Shown here in pieces: positions 48,406-57,771 of a stretch of 64,000 bases of DNA. Source of the DNA: a virus. The translations under genes were made by a program, and so were the position numbers. Below the pieces are notes generated by a model, which was not told where the DNA came from, did not search any database, and was given only the letters and a program-made list of their open reading frames with translations. Where the stretch lies: positions 47,584-111,583 of IMG/VR virus record IMGVR_UViG_3300032246_001368. The stretch is one strand, 5' to 3'. The stretch's first letter is position 1, and each line of letters begins with the position of its first letter.

Positions 48406-48813
48406 ATGCTTAAAAGAGACCATTGGACCATAGAGGAGGCAGAAGATATTCTTTTAGGGAATACTATTGCCTATACCAAGAGAAACGGAGTCGCTATTGA
48501 TGATCCAGAGTTCTATAGGAACATGGATCGTAATAAGGGTATCTATAAGATTGTTAATGATATTAAGAACTCTGAGAAGTCTATTTGGACCAATGATGAG
48601 ATTATAGACCATATTGATAATAATCAGTTTAAGATGGATGACTCTTGGACCAAAGAGGAATGGGACTCTAAAGGACGATGGAATCAAGGTCTAGAACAAT
48701 GTGCTATTCAATTTGGAAGCTTTAAAGAGGATCCAGAAGAGTCTTATAGTGCTATGGCCTATGATGTTTTAACCAAGCGAATTTATGTTATTTCCCCACC
48801 TCTTCCACAATGA
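48406..48813 (+). CDS. Hypothetical protein
   Basis: ATG 35 nt after TTGCCC. Confidence 0.6.
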   Translation: MLKRDHWTIEEAEDILLGNTIAYTKRNGVAIDDPEFYRNMDRNKGIYKIVNDIKNSEKSIWTNDEIIDHIDNNQFKMDDSWTKEEWDSKGRWNQGLEQCAIQFGSFKEDPEESYSAMAYDVLTKRIYVISPPLPQ

Positions 48814-49013
48814 GAACATTTAATACCAAGAACAAAGAAGGACATCCTATTACGTTTAAAGGAATCAAGTATCTCTTCCTTATTGATGATCAGGGAGTAG
48901 GCATCAGGAGAGTCGATAATAAGGTTCCTATGCCAGAGGACATTACTTCTCTTACTCAATATCTCTTTGAAGAAGGATTTGCTAACCCGGAGGACTTTAA
49001 AAATGAAGAATAA
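48810..49013 (+). CDS. Hypothetical protein
   Basis: ATGA-coupled; YLFEEGF motif. Confidence 0.55.
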   Translation: MRTFNTKNKEGHPITFKGIKYLFLIDDQGVGIRRVDNKVPMPEDITSLTQYLFEEGFANPEDFKNEE

Positions 49014-49248
49014 CGCAACGTTTGTTGATACAACCAATTGCGACATCTTTTGGTTTGATGTAAAGCTATATGGTGCCTATGAAGGCAAATATCAGGCCAT
49101 GATGATTAAGAATGCAGATAAGGAACATTGGGCAGCTCGAGATTATTTTAATCTTTATGTTTGGGCCGGAACGAGTAAGAAAGTTTTTATTACTAACGAA
49201 GATATTATTGATCTCGTTTACCAGGCTATAAACGACCCAGAATTTTAA
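49003..49248 (+). CDS. Hypothetical protein
   Basis: Overlap-coupled ORF. Confidence 0.5.
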   Translation: MKNNATFVDTTNCDIFWFDVKLYGAYEGKYQAMMIKNADKEHWAARDYFNLYVWAGTSKKVFITNEDIIDLVYQAINDPEF

Positions 49249-49393
49249 TATATGATTATCCTATTGCTCCTTTTTGTTATAGCTATGTATTATAAAGACA
49301 AGGGTCCTCTATAATTTTATACCCCCCTGTTCAAAAAATTTTTTTGGCGAGGCGGGTGTTTATGACTATAGGCGCGCGGCCAAGGATAAGTAA

Positions 49394-49804
49394 ATGATAA
49401 CCATGAATAATAAAGATTCTCATTTACTCGCAGAAGCCTATACCCTTGTCTTAGAGGCCAAGAAGAAACTCACAGCCAAGCAGAAGGAGCTCGCCGCCGC
49501 TGCCGAACCTTATGACAAGATCACCAAGGCCGATATTATCACCATGGCCAAGAAGAAGTCTCTCAAAGAAGATGCTGCTGGTATCGAGGATCAAGAGGAA
49601 GAACATTGTGATGCAGCTGAGCATGGTTGTGATTGTGACGGATGTAACGAATGTATTGCCAATCAGAAAGAAGAGGTAAAAGAAGAGGCTCCGGTTCCTC
49701 ACACCGTTAATCTCAATAATGGAGATACCGTTTCTTGGAAAGGTTCCTCATATAGAGTAGAAGACGTCATGGGTGGTACTTTTAAATTAATCCCGGTTTC
49801 TTAA
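49394..49804 (+). CDS. Putative head internal protein (LLAEAY leader, Cys cluster)
   Basis: KDSHLLAEAY; DKITKAD motif; GCDCDGCNEC; TAAGTA upstream. Confidence 0.55.
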   Translation: MITMNNKDSHLLAEAYTLVLEAKKKLTAKQKELAAAAEPYDKITKADIITMAKKKSLKEDAAGIEDQEEEHCDAAEHGCDCDGCNECIANQKEEVKEEAPVPHTVNLNNGDTVSWKGSSYRVEDVMGGTFKLIPVS

Positions 49805-49836
49805 TTTAGAGGGGTAAAAAAGTCTAAGTATTCTAT

Positions 49837-50277
49837 ATGGAATACTTGAACTATGGTTGCCGAAGGACCCTAGAAAAGGATCTTCCTTTTTGGAAGATAA
49901 TTTATTCAGATCCTGACACATTAAAAAACATGAATAGTTCTCCCCTCATAGAGAACTATTCTGATTTTTGGCTATATATCAATAGTGTTGAAAGATATGT
50001 AATATATGAGACCCTGAAAGATAAAGATGATAATCTCATAGGAGGATTTAGTCTTTACGACCGTAAGAACAAAGAATCTTCTTTCGGTATAGTTATACAT
50101 CCTTTATACAGAGGACACGGACTCGGAAATGTGCTTATAGATTTCCTCTGTGATACAGCAAGAGGATGTGGTATCAAGACTCTAAAGGCAGATGTATATT
50201 CTGATAACAAGGCATCTTTATCCTTGTTAGAAAGGAATGGTTTCCGTGCTATGACCTTACTTGAGAAGCACCTTTAA
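49837..50277 (+). CDS. GNAT family acetyltransferase
   Basis: IHPLYRGHGLG motif A; DNKASLSLLERNGF. Confidence 0.8.
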   Translation: MEYLNYGCRRTLEKDLPFWKIIYSDPDTLKNMNSSPLIENYSDFWLYINSVERYVIYETLKDKDDNLIGGFSLYDRKNKESSFGIVIHPLYRGHGLGNVLIDFLCDTARGCGIKTLKADVYSDNKASLSLLERNGFRAMTLLEKHL

Positions 50278-50623
50278 GTTTTAACATATACTTAATTTCT
50301 TCTACGATAGTAACGTCTTCTCTAGTATAGATCTTTATATCTCCTTTACTAATATCATGTTCGTCAATGTTAGTAATGGTGTATATATAAAATTCTGGAT
50401 TTGTTTGGAGTTGATTGTGACTAGCTTTTTCAAGCCATCGACCCTCTAGTCTCCTTTTGGTGGTAGCCTTAACCTCGATGTATCGGGTTTCATTACCACT
50501 ACCAGTACACAGATCCCACCCACATCCCTTTACTTTGGGTTTGCAAATTTCTCTTCCCTGGGACTTTTCATAGGCAATAACCAAATCAGTACCAATCCTT
50601 TCAATATCTAAATTCTTAATCAT
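50249..50623 (-). CDS. DUF3883/NOV-C-like PD-(D/E)XK nuclease
   Basis: GCGWDL ... RYIEVKAT. Confidence 0.65.
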   Translation of the reverse strand: MIKNLDIERIGTDLVIAYEKSQGREICKPKVKGCGWDLCTGSGNETRYIEVKATTKRRLEGRWLEKASHNQLQTNPEFYIYTITNIDEHDISKGDIKIYTREDVTIVEEIKYMLKLKGASQVRS

Positions 50624-50673
50624 GTTTATATTATACTATAGAATATTAGGTGTTACCCGCCTAAATATAGGAT

Positions 50674-51105
50674 ATGTTATCGTTTAAGGAATATTTTGAA
50701 GAGGCTGAATTAGCTCAAAGAACCGGTCATAAAAGTTTTACAGGTAAGGTGTTTGTTTATTTTAATATAAACCTTTCTGCTAAATTAAAAACTCCTATGT
50801 TTTCTATACAGGATACAAGCACCGGGAGAGTGATTGGACACGAGACCACCTTCATGGTGAGAGATGCAATATTCAAGGTCTTACAATCAGGAAATGAAAG
50901 AGTAAGAAAGGAAGGTAAGAAGAATGTCCATGCGGGTGTTGTTGGATACTTGGTACATGAAGAACCACGTGTTCTTCCTACTCCGGTGACCTATAATCCT
51001 TACAAATATAAAACCTTTATAAACATGATAGACGAAAGTCCTGCGCTTGCGGCTGATTTAGTATCCTTTAAGGATAAGAAGCTTACCGCAGAAAATGTAA
51101 AATAG
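50674..51105 (+). CDS. Conserved phage protein with capsid-targeting-like leader
   Basis: MLSFKEYFEEA; ERVRKEGKKNVHAGVVG; TYNPYKY. Confidence 0.65.
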   Translation: MLSFKEYFEEAELAQRTGHKSFTGKVFVYFNINLSAKLKTPMFSIQDTSTGRVIGHETTFMVRDAIFKVLQSGNERVRKEGKKNVHAGVVGYLVHEEPRVLPTPVTYNPYKYKTFINMIDESPALAADLVSFKDKKLTAENVK

Positions 51106-51134
51106 AATATACTTTAGACTAATTATTATAACAT

Positions 51135-51521
51135 ATGAATAAAGACCAATTTAATTTACAAGAAGCTTACAGCAAAATTTATCTCAAAGAAGATGAAGAT
51201 TTCCATGATCAAATAACTCCATCAGCACACGAGAGAGCCGAGTCAGTTTATGGAGAAGAGATTCCTCCGGTAGAAGGAGAAGACGAAGAATGGGGTGAAG
51301 GTTCTGATGATACTCTCCCTCCAGCATCTTATCCAGTGGATGAAGATGAGGACGAGGGTGATGAAGATCTTACTGAAAAGAAAGAGAAATTTACTATCAA
51401 TACACCTACACAAGCCCAGTTAATTTCCAAAATGAGATCTCCAGTGCACAAGCCCACCATGCAAATCAAACCTAAAAAGGGTATCTATAATCGCCAACAA
51501 TTTAAAAACAATCATGAGTAA
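51135..51521 (+). CDS. Acidic protein with LQEAY leader
   Basis: MNKDQFNLQEAY; basic PKKGIYNR tail. Confidence 0.55.
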   Translation: MNKDQFNLQEAYSKIYLKEDEDFHDQITPSAHERAESVYGEEIPPVEGEDEEWGEGSDDTLPPASYPVDEDEDEGDEDLTEKKEKFTINTPTQAQLISKMRSPVHKPTMQIKPKKGIYNRQQFKNNHE

Positions 51522-51957
51522 ATTTCAAAGACTCTATGAATCTCTTCTTACAGAGATGCCTCATATTTCTTTTGAAATAAAGGGGAAACATTTTGACTTT
51601 GATTTGGAAATGGAAAAGCATCAGAAGGATTGGTTTGGATTGGTGCGTTTAATGCATAATGTTTTATCGTCCAATTCGATAGAAGACAAGTATAATAATG
51701 TTTTAACTCTTAATACAAGAGAAGAAAAGGAAGCCTTTGTAGAGGCATTACGCCACAATCCTACTTTCAATGCCTTTTTGAAAAGATTTTACAATAAAAC
51801 TTTTGATGATCTTATAAATGTTGAAAGAGGTAATCCCAGATTAAATGTTTCACATAAGAACAATACTTCTCCTTTAGGGCCAGTATTATCTAAAGACTTC
51901 AGTCCTAATGCCAGAGCAGCTGGTGGAGGAGAAACCTCCGGGCCTACTTCTGGTTAG
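51514..51957 (+). CDS. Hypothetical protein with FQRLYESLLTE leader
   Basis: Leader motif; coupled ORF. Confidence 0.55.
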   Translation: MSKFQRLYESLLTEMPHISFEIKGKHFDFDLEMEKHQKDWFGLVRLMHNVLSSNSIEDKYNNVLTLNTREEKEAFVEALRHNPTFNAFLKRFYNKTFDDLINVERGNPRLNVSHKNNTSPLGPVLSKDFSPNARAAGGGETSGPTSG

Positions 51958-51976
51958 AGAGGTAAATATAAATACA

Positions 51977-52405
51977 ATGCGTACAAAAGATTCCATTCTT
52001 TTAGAAGATGCTTACGTAAAGGCTCGTGTCTTACAAGAAGCAAGATTTCGTGATATAGCTGCTGCTGCTGCCTTAGGTCTCTCAGCTGCTAAGGCTGGTA
52101 TGACTCCAGATGATTTAGCTGACAAGCACGGAATGAATCCTCCTATTGTTCAACAAGCAGTTAAACATGAAGAACCAGTAGAAAGCAATTATCATAAAGC
52201 CAAGGTAGCTTATGATAAGGCGGTTAAAGAAAGAAAAGCTGATGAATCACTTTTAAAGGATATAGCATTGGATACAGATTTATCAAAAAGATTTGCAGGT
52301 CATTTAGTTTTACAAGGTCTTAATGTTCCTGATATTATCAGGAAAGCATCTGATGGTTATGCTGACGAGTTTAAAAGGGCAGCTTCTAGTCAAAATTTAG
52401 AATAA
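51977..52405 (+). CDS. Hypothetical protein with LLEDAY leader and Ala-rich hydrophobic segment
   Basis: Start reassigned to MRTKDS after TATAAATA. Confidence 0.55.
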   Translation: MRTKDSILLEDAYVKARVLQEARFRDIAAAAALGLSAAKAGMTPDDLADKHGMNPPIVQQAVKHEEPVESNYHKAKVAYDKAVKERKADESLLKDIALDTDLSKRFAGHLVLQGLNVPDIIRKASDGYADEFKRAASSQNLE

Positions 52406-52454
52406 AGCATTACAGAAATGGGGGCATGTTGCTGTAAATAATAGCAATAGTTTT

Positions 52455-52682
52455 ATGACTCTCAAAGAAACACAAGAATTAATTGACAATACTCAAGCAG
52501 TATTAATTAAAGATTTTATTACAGTTCACCATCGCAAGCCAGAAGGTAAAGAACTCCTTCAACATTTGAAACATATCTTCAAAGAAGGTTACCAAGAAGA
52601 TATTTTAGAAAATTCTTTAGGCGAAGAAGTAAATTGCCCTAACGATTATTATAAACTTTTATTATTAGTAGCTGCTTCCTGA
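52455..52682 (+). CDS. Hypothetical protein
   Basis: TAAATA upstream. Confidence 0.5.
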   Translation: MTLKETQELIDNTQAVLIKDFITVHHRKPEGKELLQHLKHIFKEGYQEDILENSLGEEVNCPNDYYKLLLLVAAS

Positions 52683-52803
52683 TAATTTATTTTTTAATAA
52701 TATTGGCAAGTAATATCCAGGTTGTTATAAAAGAACCTGCAACAAGTTTTAAAAAGAAACAAATATCCACACTCATGATAATACTTATGAGATAAAGGGG
52801 GTA

Positions 52804-53505
52804 TTAAAATGAGATTTCCGTTGCGTAGAATTTTTTAAAGTCTTCCAAAGATAATTCTTTATCAAAGAGATTTAGTCTATAATCAGATATCTTTTGTAAG
52901 TGTCCGCTATAGCGTAAAGTCTTAAAGGCTAAATTGCCTATGGAATATTCTCCACCTTCTTTTAACCCATTGGTTCTTAAAAGTTTGATTTCATCTCTTA
53001 TAACTTTAAAATCTTCTAACGGAGCCTTACGAACGATCATATCATCTATTCTATTTTGAAATTCATGTGCAATTTTTAAAACCTCTGGATCATCTAAAGT
53101 ATTAGTAGGTTCGCGAGGTTCTACTAACCATTCATTTTTAACTAAATCATAGATGGCTTTATTCTCATATTCTGTCTCTATATCTTTTAAGTTGACTTCC
53201 ACTGGATAACCCTTTAAAGTTATATTATGTCTTTCATTAAATTCTTTGCTTTTGGTAGCGAAATAATCAAGAACCGTATCCTTATATGAGTCTTCTTTTG
53301 GTTCTGCTATAATATGAAGATCCCAATCACTCTCGGCTCTCCATTGATACGAACAGAGAGACCCGGTCAAGATCACGTGTTTAATTTTTATAGGGCCTAC
53401 AATGTCATCCAAAAATTCTTTAGATATCTGTAATAGTTTTTGTCTTATCTCTGGAAGAAGAACATTATCTTCTCCCCAAATTCTTGGATTTAATTTCGAT
53501 TCCAT
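52804..53505 (-). CDS. Pol-beta superfamily nucleotidyltransferase
   Basis: LTGSLCSYQWRAESDWDLHII (GS...DxD); start after TAAGTA. Confidence 0.75.
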   Translation of the reverse strand: MESKLNPRIWGEDNVLLPEIRQKLLQISKEFLDDIVGPIKIKHVILTGSLCSYQWRAESDWDLHIIAEPKEDSYKDTVLDYFATKSKEFNERHNITLKGYPVEVNLKDIETEYENKAIYDLVKNEWLVEPREPTNTLDDPEVLKIAHEFQNRIDDMIVRKAPLEDFKVIRDEIKLLRTNGLKEGGEYSIGNLAFKTLRYSGHLQKISDYRLNLFDKELSLEDFKKFYATEISF

Positions 53506-53616
53506 TGATAAATTACTTATTGCCATTTCCTCTAAAACACTTTATTTTCATCTAAAGAATTTATTTTTAATATGAATAATACAACCAAATCGCCATTTAC
53601 GTGGTAAATAGTAAAA

Positions 53617-53823
53617 ATGGTAATTAAAGCTAAATACCTTACTGCTATCATTTTACTCGCTATTTTCTGTAGCTCTCTCATTTACGAGATTACAGGGGGT
53701 AGTAACAGTTTTTCTTTTATACTATCTGGTATAATAATTGGTTCAGCATTAGGAGTATCTACCTATTGTGCAGTAGTTCATTATGGTTCAAAAGTAATGT
53801 CAAAATTTTTTAAAGATGTTTAA
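53617..53823 (+). CDS. Small membrane protein
   Basis: Two hydrophobic segments. Confidence 0.5.
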   Translation: MVIKAKYLTAIILLAIFCSSLIYEITGGSNSFSFILSGIIIGSALGVSTYCAVVHYGSKVMSKFFKDV

Positions 53824-54028
53824 AATAGATGATTACATCACCAAAGAGGGTGATAGGTTTTTTGTAGATATTGAAGACCGAAAGAAGGGTCCTGAGGTTG
53901 GTATTGAACAAGGTGATATAATCAAATTTACCTATGAAGGTAAAAGATATATTTCCAAAGTAATAAAATTTGGTAGCGAGCCAGGTCTTTTTGAGTTGAT
54001 AAATGTTAGAAGTGTAGTTAAGATTTAA
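53816..54028 (+). CDS. Hypothetical protein
   Basis: Coupled ORF. Confidence 0.5.
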   Translation: MFKIDDYITKEGDRFFVDIEDRKKGPEVGIEQGDIIKFTYEGKRYISKVIKFGSEPGLFELINVRSVVKI

Positions 54029-54036
54029 TTCTTACT

Positions 54037-55011
54037 ATGACAGATATACATTCTATCAGATATGGGTATTACAACAATCCAATACTAGGATATAATGATG
54101 TTTACCTTTTACCAGGGTATTCAGAATTAGATTCTAGGAGTGAGGCTAATACTTCAATTGAATTTGGTAATCGAATATTCAAACTACCTATTACCCCTTC
54201 TAACATGGGTACAGTTATCAACGAGAAGTGGTCTAAATGGCTTTCAGCAAATGATTATTTTTATGTGATGCATCGTTTCGATAAGTGTACAGTTCCATTT
54301 GTTCGTAAAGCTAATATAGAAAGATGGAAGACTATTAGTATCAGTACTGGTGTTAATGAAGATACTCTAGAAGAGTTAATTGATATTTCTAAAAGAGGAT
54401 TGACAGTTGATTACGTCACTATCGACGTTGCACACGGACATCATAAGAAAGTTAAAGAACGTATTAAATGGGTCAAAGAACTTTTACCTGATGCCTTTGT
54501 AATTGCTGGAAATACAGCAACAGCGGAAGCAACTCTAGCATTAGAAGAATGGGGAGCAGACGCAACAAAGTGTTTGATAGGAACCGGAGCAGCCTGTAGT
54601 ACAAAATATCAAACAGGTTTCCATGTACCTGCTTTTAGTTGTTTGAAAGAATGTAGTTTAGTTGCTAAGAAACCTGTTATAGCTGATGGCGGTGCTCAAT
54701 ATTATGGGGACATTGCCAAAGCATTAGTTGCAGGGGCTTCCATGATCATGTCTGGCCACTTCTTTGCATCTTGTTCAGATTCTCCGGCACCAGAGATAGA
54801 CGGCAAGAAAATATACTTTGGTAATGCATCCGCAGCTGCAAAGGGACAAAAGAAACACGTAGAAGGTTTCGAGTTGCAAATTGAAAATAGTAACTTAAGT
54901 CTTGAAGAAAGATTAAACGAAATCAAAGAAGCCTTACAGAGTTCTATAAGCTATGCAGGTGGAAAGGATTTAAATTGTTTTAATAAAGTAAAATATGTCA
55001 CAACAAAATAA
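54037..55011 (+). CDS. guaC: GMP reductase
   Basis: YVMHRFD, TIDVAHGH, IAGN, IGTGAACST, IADGG...GDIAKAL, LQSSISYAGG; IMPDH/GMPR barrel lacking CBS domains. Confidence 0.85.
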   Translation: MTDIHSIRYGYYNNPILGYNDVYLLPGYSELDSRSEANTSIEFGNRIFKLPITPSNMGTVINEKWSKWLSANDYFYVMHRFDKCTVPFVRKANIERWKTISISTGVNEDTLEELIDISKRGLTVDYVTIDVAHGHHKKVKERIKWVKELLPDAFVIAGNTATAEATLALEEWGADATKCLIGTGAACSTKYQTGFHVPAFSCLKECSLVAKKPVIADGGAQYYGDIAKALVAGASMIMSGHFFASCSDSPAPEIDGKKIYFGNASAAAKGQKKHVEGFELQIENSNLSLEERLNEIKEALQSSISYAGGKDLNCFNKVKYVTTK

Positions 55012-55201
55012 TAACCCAGAATTAATTGAAGAATATCTTTATCTTGTCATAAGCAAAGATAAGGATGAGTTAGGTAACCCTCACATGGAGGTTGCCCAAT
55101 ACCGTAAAGGAAAATTTTATTTCTTTGGATGGCAAACACCAGAACCTATAGAAATTTTTGAATCTTGGAAAGAATTAGTAGTCTCTTTAAAGAATGAATA
55201 A
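54995..55201 (+). CDS. Hypothetical protein
   Basis: Coupled ORF. Confidence 0.5.
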   Translation: MSQQNNNPELIEEYLYLVISKDKDELGNPHMEVAQYRKGKFYFFGWQTPEPIEIFESWKELVVSLKNE

Positions 55202-55430
55202 GAAACAAAAATTGCAGCTATGTAATACTACCATTATTTGGTTGAGTAAAGAAGTAGCTGAAGTTTCTTATATTATAGAAAGACTAAAAAAGACATCTCA
55301 TATCAAAGGATATACTGTAGGTCAATATAGTATGGATGATATTGATATATTAGAGTATAAATTAAAAGAATTGAATTGCCGTTCCGACTTTGAATCCCGT
55401 AATATTAAAAGAATAAGAGATGAATACTGA
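55194..55430 (+). CDS. Hypothetical protein
   Basis: Coupled ORF. Confidence 0.5.
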   Translation: MNKKQKLQLCNTTIIWLSKEVAEVSYIIERLKKTSHIKGYTVGQYSMDDIDILEYKLKELNCRSDFESRNIKRIRDEY

Positions 55431-55776
55431 ACTTAAAAACCTTACAGATAGAGTACATGCATTGGCACAAAAAGTCAAAGCCACTAATATTCAAGAAGTT
55501 GTCGATGATCCTGAATGGCAAAAACTTCGAGTTTGGCTTAAAGGTAAATGGGCAAATCATGGGCCAGAATGTGTAAAAAGATTGGAAGAGTATTTTGAAA
55601 AGGATAAGACAGATCCTTGGCGGGTACGACGAGTTTTAAATTATGTTACCTGTTCTGGATTTAGAACCGGCGCTATTAAGGAACCTTCAGTTGATGGTCT
55701 CAGAGAAAAGGTGAGGAATACCTGGAATCAATTGTTGGGGGATAAATCAACTCATCGACTTGGCGGTAAACTTTAA
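55420..55776 (+). CDS. Conserved phage protein (WQKLR...RRVLNY..SGFR)
   Basis: Recurrent motif. Confidence 0.55.
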   Translation: MNTELKNLTDRVHALAQKVKATNIQEVVDDPEWQKLRVWLKGKWANHGPECVKRLEEYFEKDKTDPWRVRRVLNYVTCSGFRTGAIKEPSVDGLREKVRNTWNQLLGDKSTHRLGGKL

Positions 55777-55790
55777 GGTAAGTAGACTAT

Positions 55791-56033
55791 ATGTCTAAAC
55801 TTACAGATAGAAGCACGGCTCCTAAAAAATTATCTAAAACAGATAAGAAAGCATTCTGGAGAGCCAAAAAGAAAATAGCTTACCAAGATTTAAAACAAGC
55901 CAAGAAAACTAATAATATTGGATGGGTTAAAATGCTTCATAAGCGTATTAACAAATACAATAGTCACATAGGTGAGTCATTCAATGATAAGGTAAATTGT
56001 ATATTAGAATCAATTGATGTGGTAAAAGGATAA
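55791..56033 (+). CDS. Small basic protein
   Basis: TAAGTA upstream. Confidence 0.5.
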   Translation: MSKLTDRSTAPKKLSKTDKKAFWRAKKKIAYQDLKQAKKTNNIGWVKMLHKRINKYNSHIGESFNDKVNCILESIDVVKG

Positions 56034-56044
56034 GTATATTAGGT

Positions 56045-57757
56045 ATGCCTAATAACTATACACTGAGTAACAACCTTTCTGCTACAATAAATCCTAATGT
56101 AGCGTACTGTAATGCTTGGGTTCCAGTAGAAAATAATGCGGGAAGACTTCTTTACGCAGAGGCTTCATATATTACTAATTTTTCTGATCTTAATATTAGT
56201 CTTTCATCGAGTAATTTAGATATCGGTGCGGTTCATATTATAGATAAAGACACTGGATTAGCAGCAACTATAGCCGATGTTGGTATTGGTGTTGGAGCCA
56301 TGAGAGTTCTTTCACAGGATTTGGAACCATATCATGACACTATTTCAATAGGAGACACAAACGGAAAACTTGCATATGTTACAGCAAGTGCTTTGAACGT
56401 TTTTAATACAAATCCAGTATCTTCAATTACGGTTAGGAATCCAGTTACAGCAGTTAGTATTTTAAATCCTGTAAGCTCTTTTACTCTTTTAAATTCATCA
56501 ATAGAAATATCAAATGATATTGGTAATCCTGTTCCTGTTAATGTTACAAATACAATATTAACAGCACCAGCCCCAACTCAACTTGATGCCTTTGGTCGTT
56601 TAAGAGTTTCTACACCACTTACTTTATTTGATTCTTCTCATCGTTATAGAGACAATAATCTTTGGTCATCACTAACAGCCGTTGGTGGATCTTATACATT
56701 TAACCAAAATCAAGGATTAGTTGATTTAACAGTTAATGCATTATCTGGTTCTTCGGTTATCAGAGAAACTACAAAAGTGTTTTCCTATCAACCAGGTAAA
56801 AGTTTATTAGTTCTAAATACATTTGTATTTGCCTCTTCTGCTACAAATTTAAGACAAAGAGTTGGTTATTATGGTCGAGATAACGGAATTTATTTTCAAT
56901 TAGATGATAATGTTTTAAGCTTTGTAGAGAGATCGTTAGTTACAGGATCAACTCAAGAAACAATTGTTCCAAGATCTTCTTGGAATGGAGATAAACTTGA
57001 TGGAACAGGTGCTTCGGGGTTGACTCTTGATATAACAAAAGCACAAATCCTTTGGATGGATATTGAATGGTTGGGTCTTGGTTCTGTTAGAGTTGGTTTT
57101 ATAATCAATGGTCAATATATTGTTTGTCACACCTTCAATCATGCAAACCTAATTGCATCAACATATATAACAACAGCATCTCTACCTCTGAGATATGAAA
57201 TCACAAATAAAAATGCTACGAGTGGATCTAAAACCATGAAGCAAGTATGTTCTTCTGTAATCTCAGAAGGTGGTTACGAATTAAGAGGATTGCAACAGGC
57301 AATAGGTTTACCAGTAACAGATCCATTAAATCTCCCAACAGCAGGAACATTTTATCCGATAATTTCGTTAAGATTAAAATCAGATCGTTTGGATGGTATA
57401 GTAATCTTAACTGCATTATCAATATTAGGATTAGGAGATTCTACTTATAATTGGCAAGTTAGAGCATCTGGAACTACTAGTGGAGGTTCTTGGGTAAGTG
57501 CTGGTACTGATAATTCAGTTGAATATAATATCTCTGGTACATCTATAACTGGTGGAAGAGTTTTAGCAAGTGGGTACTTTGATAGTAGTAAGAATAATGT
57601 TGGATCAATAGATATTCTTAAAGAAGCATTATTTAAATTTCAGTTAGAAAGAAACGGATTGACAAGTGCTTCTTATGAATTATCTGTTGTTGCCACTTGT
57701 GCAGCTGCTAATAAGACTGTTCTTGCTTCAATGGATTGGGAAGAGATCAGTAGGTAG
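56045..57757 (+). CDS. Virion structural protein (DAFGRLRVS family)
   Basis: QLDAFGRLRVSTPLTLFDS, YQPGKS, DIEWLGLGSVRVGF, SMDWEE. Confidence 0.7.
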   Translation: MPNNYTLSNNLSATINPNVAYCNAWVPVENNAGRLLYAEASYITNFSDLNISLSSSNLDIGAVHIIDKDTGLAATIADVGIGVGAMRVLSQDLEPYHDTISIGDTNGKLAYVTASALNVFNTNPVSSITVRNPVTAVSILNPVSSFTLLNSSIEISNDIGNPVPVNVTNTILTAPAPTQLDAFGRLRVSTPLTLFDSSHRYRDNNLWSSLTAVGGSYTFNQNQGLVDLTVNALSGSSVIRETTKVFSYQPGKSLLVLNTFVFASSATNLRQRVGYYGRDNGIYFQLDDNVLSFVERSLVTGSTQETIVPRSSWNGDKLDGTGASGLTLDITKAQILWMDIEWLGLGSVRVGFIINGQYIVCHTFNHANLIASTYITTASLPLRYEITNKNATSGSKTMKQVCSSVISEGGYELRGLQQAIGLPVTDPLNLPTAGTFYPIISLRLKSDRLDGIVILTALSILGLGDSTYNWQVRASGTTSGGSWVSAGTDNSVEYNISGTSITGGRVLASGYFDSSKNNVGSIDILKEALFKFQLERNGLTSASYELSVVATCAAANKTVLASMDWEEISR

Positions 57758-57771
57758 AATAAGTATTGTAT

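Noticed and set aside
52804-53505. CCA-adding enzyme, since several RNAs here lack CCA
   Set aside because: Lacks the class II DxD...RRD...N motifs and the expected size; only a generic pol-beta motif is present.
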